Program-made: the position numbers and the translations under genes | From: an uncultured Gammaproteobacteria bacterium | GTDB taxonomy: Bacteria; Patescibacteriota; Patescibacteriia; Magasanikbacterales; UBA922 | NCBI GenBank assembly: GCA_964522435.1 | Contig: CAZFUL010000005.1 | Span: 21,568-85,567, forward strand | Length of the DNA stretch: 64,000 nucleotides | Direction of reading: 5' to 3' | The notes under the pieces: model-generated | Seen by the model: the letters and a program-made list of their open reading frames with translations, nothing else | Database searches by the model: none | What the model was told of the DNA's origin: nothing | In this document: in pieces, positions 10,380 to 18,458 of the stretch | How the letters are laid out: each line of letters begins with the position of its first letter | Position numbering within the stretch: the stretch's first letter is position 1

Positions 10380-10603
10380 TTCTGAAAATGAAAGCTACAG
10401 ATAGAACAACTGACAATTACATAACATATCACTCCGTTTGCCTATATCTCGTCTACCTACGCCCCTTGGGCTTCGGTAGACAAAGGCGGACAAAGGAAAG
10501 AGAGAGCCTTAACAGTGATAGTTCAAAGAAATCCAGCACCCACCTACGCTAAAGCTTCGGTGGGCAAGTCAACCACTCTCTCAAACAGAGTGGTTTTGTT
10601 TTG
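10380..10603 (+). ncRNA. candidate small structured RNA (~220 nt) between the promoter and an intrinsic terminator
   Basis: Two related hairpins, ccTACGC..CTTCGGTag and ccTACGC..CTTCGGTgg, then the terminator ccactctctcaaacagagtgg plus ttttgtttt. No ORF is present. Confidence 0.35.
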
Positions 10604-10827
10604 ACAAGCTAACGCATTAGAAACAACTATTGCAGTAGCTTCTCGAAATAAACTCGAGAATGGTAGCGGAGGTTGTAGGACCTATGAGTGAAAGCAATTT
10701 TGCTCGTTCTCCCTCGCGGCTGCTCTAGATATCTAGTACCGAGTGCGTCTTGCCATGTGGCGAAAGTCACGTGGACAGGACACTCTGTAGTAGTACAGAG
10801 ATAAGCGATCTTTATACATACTCTACC

Positions 10828-10900
10828 TTGTTGGTGGAACCACTGTCTTTCTCACGTGAATAATACGATTGGGAAAGAGAGTGGTTCCACCGACGTCAAG
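10828..10900 (+). other. long imperfect hairpin (ggtggaaccactgtctttc ... gaaagagagtggttccacc)
   Basis: Stem of about 19 bp. It shares an agagagtgg segment with the upstream terminator stem. Confidence 0.5.
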
Positions 10901-10991
10901 CTGTGCTGTCCAGCGTTACGCATCTGGGAATGGTTCTCAGTGCGTTAAAGACGTCATCCACATCTGTGGATGTTTGACAGAGGAGTGCCCC

Positions 10992-11255
10992 ATGAACGCC
11001 CCCGCGCTGACCGAGACGACCCCCGCCGCCAACGCCTACCGCCCCACCCTCGCCGAAGCTCGCCGCCGCGCCCGGAGCGCGGAGCGAAGTGGCCGTCCCC
11101 TCGAGCGGATCTACGCGATCCGGCTCGAGGAGGAGGAGACCCCCGCCCAGCCCGAGCGGGTGGTGGTGGCTCCGAAGAAGCCGGTCAGCCGTTCCAATCG
11201 GCGGTGCCCTGCTGAAAATCAGGGTGCGTTCGGCAAGGGACGACGCATCGACTAG
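10992..11255 (+). CDS. hypothetical small protein (Arg/Pro-rich)
   Basis: First gene of the high-GC island. The start is chosen at the internal Met (MNAPALTETT). Weak evidence. Confidence 0.3.
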   Translation: MNAPALTETTPAANAYRPTLAEARRRARSAERSGRPLERIYAIRLEEEETPAQPERVVVAPKKPVSRSNRRCPAENQGAFGKGRRID

Positions 11256-11735
11256 CCCCACTTCTGGGGTAACCATCCCTCAGCAAGGCTAGCTGAGGAT
11301 TACGATGGTCAACGATAGCCAAAAAAATGGAGGTACGTAACAATCACGTACCGTGATATAGCTTGGTGGAGAACGCTCCACCACCAGGCCCTGCGCAGCC
11401 CCCTCGGAGCGGGGGGCGAAAACGAAGATCGGTTGGGACTTCGCGTCTTTCCCAACCACGGCAGAGCAGGTGGCCAACTACCTGCAATCAAGCACTCGGA
11501 GTAAGGGAAGTATGCACATGCTTCCCACTCCACTATTCATCTCAAGTTTGTTGAGGTGAGTAGTGGAGGTTCCGTCTACTCCCGATTGAATCGGGATTTG
11601 ATGGATAAAACTGTTCATTAAAAATAACAGCCACACTCAGAAAAAGAGTTCTTTGAAAAAAGGAATGTTTTTCTGAGTGTGGTTTTTGCATTTCAACCAA
11701 CGCTGGAAATTCCAGCCGCAACCAGGAGGTGACTC

Positions 11736-12767
11736 ATGGACAAGGCGGCAGGGAATGTTCCAGGCTCGCCAAATATATTCCCGATCGGGGCCTGGAAATG
11801 GCTCGTGGTCGGGGAAAAAGTAGACCTCGACGCTATTCTGGCGTTGTACATTATGGGCATCCGCCCATGGTACGACATCCGGGTGGTGTCGGGGTCGGCG
11901 ACGGGTGCAGAGCTCGCGGATTCCCGCGTGCTCTGCATCGAAGTTGGAGGGAGCGGCCGGGTGGAAGAAGGAAACTTCGACCACCATGGTAGCTCCGGAG
12001 TTGTTGAATGCGCCAGCCGTCAGGCTTGGTGCATTTGGCAGAAAGAACAAGAACAGCGCGCGCGGATCCTCAACGGGTTGGTCGATTATGTCGGCCTCCT
12101 TGATGAAGGGCACCGTCGCGCCGAGTCCGGACAGGTTGCGTTTCCCTCGTTGACGCAACTCTTTTCCGGCATGCTCCTCTCTGTGCGTAAGCCTGAGGAG
12201 CAAATTCAACAGGGCTTGCTGTTGATCGACGCTGCTGTCCGCGTTGGTCTGAACCCGTTCCTTGAGAGCGGGAGCAAGTTGTTTGAGGTTCTGGACAGTG
12301 CCCGGCTGTGGGCTGCCACCAAGCGTGCGCATGAAAAGAATGGCGAAGCCATTCTGGCGAACGCAACGTGGCTCACCAGTCGGGAAGGGCGCCGGGTCGC
12401 GGTCATTGAGACCACCTGGTTCGGCGCCCCTGGTGCGTTGCAGGGGGCTGGGGCAGATCTCGTGATCGCCCTGAATCCTCGCCACTGTGTGAACGTAGCG
12501 GATTATTTTCGCAAGTTCACGGTGGCAGCGCATCGAGAAGCAGGCATTTCGGTTCTTCCTGCCCTGCCCGAGCTGAATCAGCTCGAGCTTGGATGGGACG
12601 GGCCTGGCCACGGCACAATCATCGGGTCACCCCGAGGAAAGAGCAGCTGCCTGAGTATGTCTCAGGTGGTAGCCGTGGTCTTTCGGCAAATTTTTGGGGA
12701 AGCGTTGCAGATCGATGAGATTTGCAACACCCCGGAAATTTTGCCGGAGGAATGCCTGGCGGCCTAA
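11736..12767 (+). CDS. DHH-superfamily phosphoesterase-like protein
   Basis: Strong RBS (AGGAGGT) 7 nt upstream and high GC3. Motifs DLDAILAL (DxDAxGS-like), NFDHHG (DHH) and GPGHG (GGGH-like) appear in DHH/DHHA1 order. Confidence 0.5.
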   Translation: MDKAAGNVPGSPNIFPIGAWKWLVVGEKVDLDAILALYIMGIRPWYDIRVVSGSATGAELADSRVLCIEVGGSGRVEEGNFDHHGSSGVVECASRQAWCIWQKEQEQRARILNGLVDYVGLLDEGHRRAESGQVAFPSLTQLFSGMLLSVRKPEEQIQQGLLLIDAAVRVGLNPFLESGSKLFEVLDSARLWAATKRAHEKNGEAILANATWLTSREGRRVAVIETTWFGAPGALQGAGADLVIALNPRHCVNVADYFRKFTVAAHREAGISVLPALPELNQLELGWDGPGHGTIIGSPRGKSSCLSMSQVVAVVFRQIFGEALQIDEICNTPEILPEECLAA

Positions 12768-12881
12768 CAGCCGCTCCCCATCTGGTTGGGGGTGAGGTAA
12801 TCAGACCCGTTTGCTTGCACGGGTAATGCAACAAGCACACGATGAATCTCCCAGCGCAAACAAAGTAGCGAAAACTGCGAA

Positions 12882-13433
12882 ATGATTGCCAAAATGTTTC
12901 CGGGTAAAAACTCCGCCCGGGAAGTTTACACACAGAGGCAACTCTGGCACATGCGTGCATATTGTGTAGACTGGCTCAATTACGAGCAACATTCCTCCTT
13001 TTCCTTTCCGGGCGGAGCGCCTGGAAGAGGAGGGGGAGCATGCGTCGTGCATACCTCTACTCAGGATGACATCTTGAATGCCACCCAACATATCCCGACC
13101 GCCGAGCAGTTCGCTGCCGGCGTGATCGAACCCTGTTCGGAGGTGAAGGAGCGTATCGTCGTGCTTCTTACCTTCAACAAAATCCCTTCGCAAACTGAGG
13201 TTCTCGATCGGGCGCGTGCTTTGGCCGCGCTTGTGAAAGAACAGGGGTACAACGCCGCCATGATTGGTGGCGTCGCCTACCTGATGCCTCCCTTTGAGCG
13301 GGAGCTGCGTCGGGTGGGCGTGATCCCGCTGCATGCGTTCACCGAACGACGTGCGGTGGAGAAGCACACCCCCGAAGGCGTGGTGAAGACGAACGTCTTC
13401 GTCCACGTCGGTTTTTTTGAGGGGATTGAGTAA
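12882..13433 (+). CDS. hypothetical protein
   Basis: 183-aa ORF in the island on the same strand as its neighbours. No motif recognised. The start is uncertain and may be Met24. Confidence 0.4.
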   Translation: MIAKMFPGKNSAREVYTQRQLWHMRAYCVDWLNYEQHSSFSFPGGAPGRGGGACVVHTSTQDDILNATQHIPTAEQFAAGVIEPCSEVKERIVVLLTFNKIPSQTEVLDRARALAALVKEQGYNAAMIGGVAYLMPPFERELRRVGVIPLHAFTERRAVEKHTPEGVVKTNVFVHVGFFEGIE

Positions 13434-13918
13434 AAAAAAAGAAAGGAAAAAAAGATGAGAAGATAGCGCGCCACTCACTTGGGCGCAAGGCATAAATACA
13501 ACTGAGGGGTGCCGTATCACCCCCTGCAAAACCATTCTCGTCTATACGGAGATAGAGCATGGCGATTGGTCCACGTTAAGGATGCACTCGGATTCGGCTT
13601 TGCACAAAGTCGATTCCACCGGAATATTTTTCTTAGACAGAAGAATATTGGGGTGGGATAGAATGCGACTGTTCTTTAAAAAATTATCCGCCTTCGTCAC
13701 CTTCTGGTGGCTACGGCGGACAAAGATAGCGTGTGCTCAAAAAGATTTTTGGCAAACAGAAATTTTTTTGAGCATACGCTCGTTTCCTACTCGGCAGGCA
13801 TGGTGTCTCGCCGGGTTAAACCAGGAACTGACCCCACTGAGTTGGGGAAAAAATGGGACAGCAACCCCATCAGTTCCCGCCGCATGTTCACGCGGCGTTA
13901 CTCTCTTTGGAGAGAAAC

Positions 13919-14857
13919 ATGAACAACTTCAAGACCTTGTCCTTCCTCCTGGGCCTCCAGCCCAGCGATCCGGCCTCCGTCATGGAGGTCGCCCCCACCC
14001 TCAACCTCGGGGCCGACGACAAGGTCGTGCCCCAGCTCGAGGCCGCCCTCCGGGCGGCCGGCCTCGAGGGCCTGGCCCTCGAGCGCATCGTGTTCCCCGG
14101 CAACGGGGCGGCGGCGATCGCCATGGTCGCCCTGTACGAGGGTGCGCAGGGGATGCAGCTGCCCACCCATGTGGTAGCGACGGCCCCCTTCAAGGGCAAC
14201 GCGGAGGTCGGTGAGTTCAACCTCGCCAACCTCCGTCACAACGAGGCCCGCAGCCTCCGGGACGAATTCGAGACCGACGAAGAGAATGCCACCGCCAACG
14301 GCGCGTGGCTCCTGCTCGACGGCTCGGGGCGCCCCGTGCCCAACCAGATCCTCCTGGATCTGATGCGGGAGACCGCCGGTGCCACCGACATCACGGTCGT
14401 GCCGTTGGGCATGCCCGCCCAGCGCAGCGTCACCGAGCCTTGGAAGGCCGCGGACGGTTCGACCACCACGGTCGACCGCCTGCGCGCCCTGCTCGCGGAC
14501 GGCGCCTTCACCCGCGCCGACCTGATGTCCGGGCGGGTGGCCTTCCTGCCCCCCGGGATGGGCACCGCGGCGCTCTGCGACGCGGCGATCATCTACGGCG
14601 TGGCCGAGTCCTGGCCCACCGTGGTACGGCAGGCTGGAACGGCGCCCTTCCCCTTCGCCGAGCTGGTGCGCGTGCACGAGCTGCGCCAGCTGGGCGCGCA
14701 GATCGCGGCCGAGCTGAAGACCGCCGAAGCCCCGGTGCTGGTGCCCCGTCACCTCCTGAACGAGGTGGTCGAGGCGCTGCAGACCCGCAACGAGGAGGGG
14801 GCGGACTACGGTGAGCTCCTCGACGAGCTCACCACCCTCCTCGCCCGCGGCCGCTAG
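13919..14857 (+). CDS. hypothetical protein (313 aa)
   Basis: A GGAGAG RBS precedes the ATG at 13919. High GC3 and no recognised domain. Confidence 0.55.
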   Translation: MNNFKTLSFLLGLQPSDPASVMEVAPTLNLGADDKVVPQLEAALRAAGLEGLALERIVFPGNGAAAIAMVALYEGAQGMQLPTHVVATAPFKGNAEVGEFNLANLRHNEARSLRDEFETDEENATANGAWLLLDGSGRPVPNQILLDLMRETAGATDITVVPLGMPAQRSVTEPWKAADGSTTTVDRLRALLADGAFTRADLMSGRVAFLPPGMGTAALCDAAIIYGVAESWPTVVRQAGTAPFPFAELVRVHELRQLGAQIAAELKTAEAPVLVPRHLLNEVVEALQTRNEEGADYGELLDELTTLLARGR

Positions 14858-15000
14858 CCCACATGGTTCCCCAACTGGAACCGCAGTAACGCCAAAATCC
14901 TTCGTGACATGAGTTGGCATGTTACAAGGTAGGATGGCTCTCCTGGAACTTCTCCAATGAGCCACGCAACGGAGAGCGGAAATCTCCATGCACTCGGGAC

Positions 15001-15067
15001 GGCTTGCAATGCACAACGCAAGCCATTCCCTTTATCGCTCTAAGAAATATCTTGGGTCGATAAAGGG
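15001..15067 (+). terminator. two consecutive perfect hairpins (ggcttgc..gcaagcc and ccctttatcg..cgataaaggg) at a GC transition
   Basis: Read directly. They sit where the high-GC DNA gives way to the AT-rich insert. Confidence 0.5.
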
Positions 15068-15122
15068 GATACAAAAAAACAATCCCTGTTGAGACTGTTC
15101 TTTAAAAAAATGTATTGAAACA

Positions 15123-15590
15123 TTAGACCCGCATGAGGTCGACTTTTTCTTCGACTCGCTGTTGACGTAAACTCACTGCGGCAAGGTCTGATTCTTGTTT
15201 TTGATAGAGGCCGATAAAGTCATCAACATGATTGTTGATTTCATGACGAAGGACAGCAATATCAGTTTTGAGTTCAGTTCTGACCAAAGTAATTTCTTGG
15301 TATAGCTCGGTTTTTGCTGATCGGATTTCTTTGTTCATATCCTTTCTTACCGATGTAATTTCTTGGCTGAGCTCCTTTTTTACCGATTGTATTTCTTGAT
15401 TGAGTTCTGTTCTTACTGATGTAATTTCTGTTTGTAATTCTTTTTGAAAGCGATTGATTTTTTTATCAAGTCTTTGTTCTACCTGAAAAAGATCGTCTTT
15501 GGTGGCAGCGTTATCTTTGAGAAAATCAATGGCTTCTCGATTTTCGTGAACGGCTTGGAGGATATCTCTGAGAGTTGGCTCGTGTTCCAT
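15123..15590 (-). CDS. coiled-coil hendecad-repeat protein, paralog of 9514..10077
   Basis: Repeats ELQTEITSVRT / ELNQEIQSVKK / ELSQEITSVRK, an ATKDD motif and an N-terminus MEHEPTLRDILQAV. It is low-GC and on the minus strand, embedded inside the high-GC island. Confidence 0.55.
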   Translation of the reverse strand: MEHEPTLRDILQAVHENREAIDFLKDNAATKDDLFQVEQRLDKKINRFQKELQTEITSVRTELNQEIQSVKKELSQEITSVRKDMNKEIRSAKTELYQEITLVRTELKTDIAVLRHEINNHVDDFIGLYQKQESDLAAVSLRQQRVEEKVDLMRV

Positions 15591-15954
15591 AGAAGAAGAC
15601 AGGTACCTAAATAATATATATACCATATCACAAACAAAAAAAAGAGACTATCAAAAAAATAAAAAAATTCGAAAATGCGCGATTGCTGATAGCTATTCAC
15701 GAGGAGTGGAATATTATCAGGAGTTGCGACAAGTATATACGGCAGTTCCTTACAAAAAAATATTTATGGTGAACAGCCTTCCACCACTCAATTAAGAGTA
15801 GAACAAGATAGATTACCCTATCTTGCTTTTTGCTTTTAGTTGAGTGGTGAAAGGGAAGAGAGACAAAAAAGCCGTCTCCCTCTAACACCATTAAACCGTC
15901 CCGCAAACTGGGGCGTCCGGCTGCTCGCCGGCTCTTTCAAAACGAGGAGGGGAA

Positions 15955-16509
15955 ATGAGCGCACATATGATGCGGTGGTTTGAGTTTTTGATGATCCCGC
16001 GCAACATGCTTGTGTTGGGATTGAGCGTCGGCCTCCTGGTCGCCATCATCGGCGGCTGGGACATTCTCGAGCCCACGAGCGGACTCGCCACCCTGGCCTT
16101 CGCTGCCGCCACCTGGTGGCAGACGAAGAAAAAGGCCAAGGCTCGCTACGCGAACATCGAGGGCGAGGATTTCATCATCGTTCTCGAGCTCAAAAGGACG
16201 GTGGTGGAGTCGATGACGAAGCAGTTTGGTCGGGCACCCGACCAGGTGCTCTTTGTCAAAAAATTGATCGGCACCATCGAGTTGACTACTGAAGAACACT
16301 GGGAAACACTCGTACGGGCTGTATGGGAGGTGATGTCCTCCCATCAGGATAAAAATATCTTATTTGCCAGTGACGTTCCCGGGCAACTCTGGGCATGTCT
16401 CGGACAGATGGCCGGGATGGACCGTCTCCGAGTCAAATGGCTCGGGTACTTCAATGGTCAAATCGATGAGAGCTGTCCTCGCCCCCGAGGTGATTGGATG
16501 TTGCCATGA
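15955..16509 (+). CDS. membrane-anchored hypothetical protein (N-terminal TM helices)
   Basis: GAGGAGG RBS and two predicted TM segments. It overlaps the next gene by 16 nt (ATGTTGCCATGA), suggesting translational coupling. Confidence 0.55.
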   Translation: MSAHMMRWFEFLMIPRNMLVLGLSVGLLVAIIGGWDILEPTSGLATLAFAAATWWQTKKKAKARYANIEGEDFIIVLELKRTVVESMTKQFGRAPDQVLFVKKLIGTIELTTEEHWETLVRAVWEVMSSHQDKNILFASDVPGQLWACLGQMAGMDRLRVKWLGYFNGQIDESCPRPRGDWMLP

Positions 16510-16976
16510 TTTGGTGCCTCCGCTCTGGCGAATCCGTGCGGGATCGGGATGATTCCCACCTGCACGGGGACGTCGTGAGGTACCTGCCCGAAGTGTTGGC
16601 TGCCACCAATTCGCGGGGGCAGGCAAGCATTGTTCGGGAGCACCGCTTTCCCAGGGTCGTTGGTGTGAAGAATGTGGTGCAGACCAACCAGTCTGACAGC
16701 ATTCTCTTCGCCCAACGGCCGGGGAGAGCGGGCTTATCGCGGTTCGTGTTGAACCGTCGCCCGGAACCCACCAATTGGGTTACGGTCATTCTGCGCCAGC
16801 AACCAACTGGCGAGTACATGATCGTATCTGCTTGGTGCGGACCGGCGACGACCCACGAACCGTGGGACAAGTACGCGACCCTGTCAGTCAGCCGCCGGTT
16901 CTGGAGCACCCACGCGATTGTGTGGGGCACCGAACCGGCGGACGAAGAAACCATAACCACAACCTGCCCCTGGTGA
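16494..16976 (+). CDS. hypothetical protein (160 aa)
   Basis: Coupled to the upstream gene and on the same strand as the MoxR/VWA pair. Confidence 0.45.
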   Translation: MDVAMIWCLRSGESVRDRDDSHLHGDVVRYLPEVLAATNSRGQASIVREHRFPRVVGVKNVVQTNQSDSILFAQRPGRAGLSRFVLNRRPEPTNWVTVILRQQPTGEYMIVSAWCGPATTHEPWDKYATLSVSRRFWSTHAIVWGTEPADEETITTTCPW

Positions 16977-17179
16977 ATGTGGGCAGAAAAAAGGAGGCAC
17001 TCGAGGCTCGTTATGATATGCACATTCATACGAGCCGGCTTCACGAGTAGTGATTGCAAATGCAATGACTACTGATGAAGCCGCAACAGTAGCAGACCTG
17101 CTGCTGTGTGGTGTGTTCTTGAAAATCGAAAACAGTTTTTTGACATCCTCGATTTGATCGGGGAGAGGAGGAAGAGGCC

Positions 17180-18448
17180 ATGAAGCCGGTAATCGCTACC
17201 ATTCTGACTGCGGCGCTTGCGCTGCGGACGAAGATTGTGGAAACTCAGCGCGCCCTTGCGGGGGCGCTGGTCGAGCGTGAGGACGAAGTCCTCGCCTGCC
17301 TGGTCGCCATGGTCTGCGATCAGGCGGTGTTCTTCTATGGCCCGCCCGGCGTGGCCAAGACCTTCGTGGCCGAGCTCTTGCTCAAGGCCATCGAAGGTGC
17401 CACGTACTACACTGCCCTCATGCCGGGCGTGGCCGACCCTGACGACCTGTTCGTCGAGGGGATCTCGGTGGTGAAAATCGATGAGGGTGGCGGCCATATC
17501 CGTACCATCATCGAAAAAACACCTGGCAGAGCGGCGCTCGTCAACGGTGTCCTGCTCGATGAGCTCTTCAAGGTGGACGATCCACGTGTCCTCCAGGCGC
17601 TCCTGGATTTGACCTTGTCGGACGGTGTGCGCCTGGAAGGCCGGCGTCTGGCCGACCAGGCGCACCTCGTGATGGGCATCTCGAACGAAACTCCCAATTC
17701 TGGGAGCGAGTTCGATGCCCTTTGGGCACGGTTCGTCCTGCGTTTGTCCGTCAAGCCCCTCGGGGCTGACGGGCGTAAGCGCATGATCCGTATCCAAGAG
17801 GCTGCGGCTCGTAATGGCGGAGCAGGAGTCGTCCGCCCAGCGAATCCACTCACGTTGCAGGACATCGCGACCCTGCAGCAGGCTGCGGCGCAGGTCGACA
17901 TCGGAGATGACATCCTCGACCTCATCGAGGAGACCATCGACGAACTGTTCAGCCAAGATGCGGATGCCTTCCGCTGGCTGAAGCAGGACGATCGCCGTCG
18001 TGGCCTGATGGTCAAGGCGTTGAAGGCGCACGCCTTGATCCACGGACGGACGGCCGTTTCCAAGGCCGACCTGGTCATTCTGAAATGGATGATGTGGAAT
18101 CATCCAGATCAAATCGAGCAGGTCGAGGAAAAGGTGAAGCCGCTTGCGGCGACACCTTTCTCCGAAGCCTTGGAGGAGATCGATGACCTCCTCGCCCCCA
18201 ACGGCAAGGTGTGGAGGGCGTTTGAGAAGCGGGAAATGACCTGCTTCACGGACGCCGCCGCTCAGATCAACCGTTTGAAGGACACCGTCCTTCCTCGGTT
18301 GATCAGCCAAGCCAGTGGGATTGAACTCAGCCGTCTGGAAGCCATGAAGAATGGTGTCCAACGGCTGTTCACGGGAGTGATGGCGCGCATCTCGGGCCAG
18401 GAGTCCGAGATGAGCTGGGACGCTTTCGTCCAGCTCCTCAAGAGCTGA
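17180..18448 (+). CDS. MoxR-family AAA+ ATPase
   Basis: Walker A GPPGVAKT, Walker B VLLDELF, a sensor-1 Asn region, an Arg-containing second region of homology (SRH) and a C-terminal helical lid. A GAGGAGG RBS is present. Confidence 0.8.
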   Translation: MKPVIATILTAALALRTKIVETQRALAGALVEREDEVLACLVAMVCDQAVFFYGPPGVAKTFVAELLLKAIEGATYYTALMPGVADPDDLFVEGISVVKIDEGGGHIRTIIEKTPGRAALVNGVLLDELFKVDDPRVLQALLDLTLSDGVRLEGRRLADQAHLVMGISNETPNSGSEFDALWARFVLRLSVKPLGADGRKRMIRIQEAAARNGGAGVVRPANPLTLQDIATLQQAAAQVDIGDDILDLIEETIDELFSQDADAFRWLKQDDRRRGLMVKALKAHALIHGRTAVSKADLVILKWMMWNHPDQIEQVEEKVKPLAATPFSEALEEIDDLLAPNGKVWRAFEKREMTCFTDAAAQINRLKDTVLPRLISQASGIELSRLEAMKNGVQRLFTGVMARISGQESEMSWDAFVQLLKS

Positions 18449-18458
18449 GGAGGGAGAC

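Noticed and set aside
10600-10830. Possible RNase P, tmRNA or group II intron in the left boundary region
   Set aside because: Hallmark blocks (GGAAAGTCCGG for RNase P, a tmRNA tag-ORF plus T-arm, group II domain V) could not be recognised by eye. Only generic hairpins are supported.
13660-15115. Exact 17-mer gactgttctttaaaaaa at ~13667 and ~15098
   Set aside because: It is too short and AT-rich to interpret, and a chance match in 64 kb is not negligible. It could be a shared promoter fragment, but there is no supporting context.
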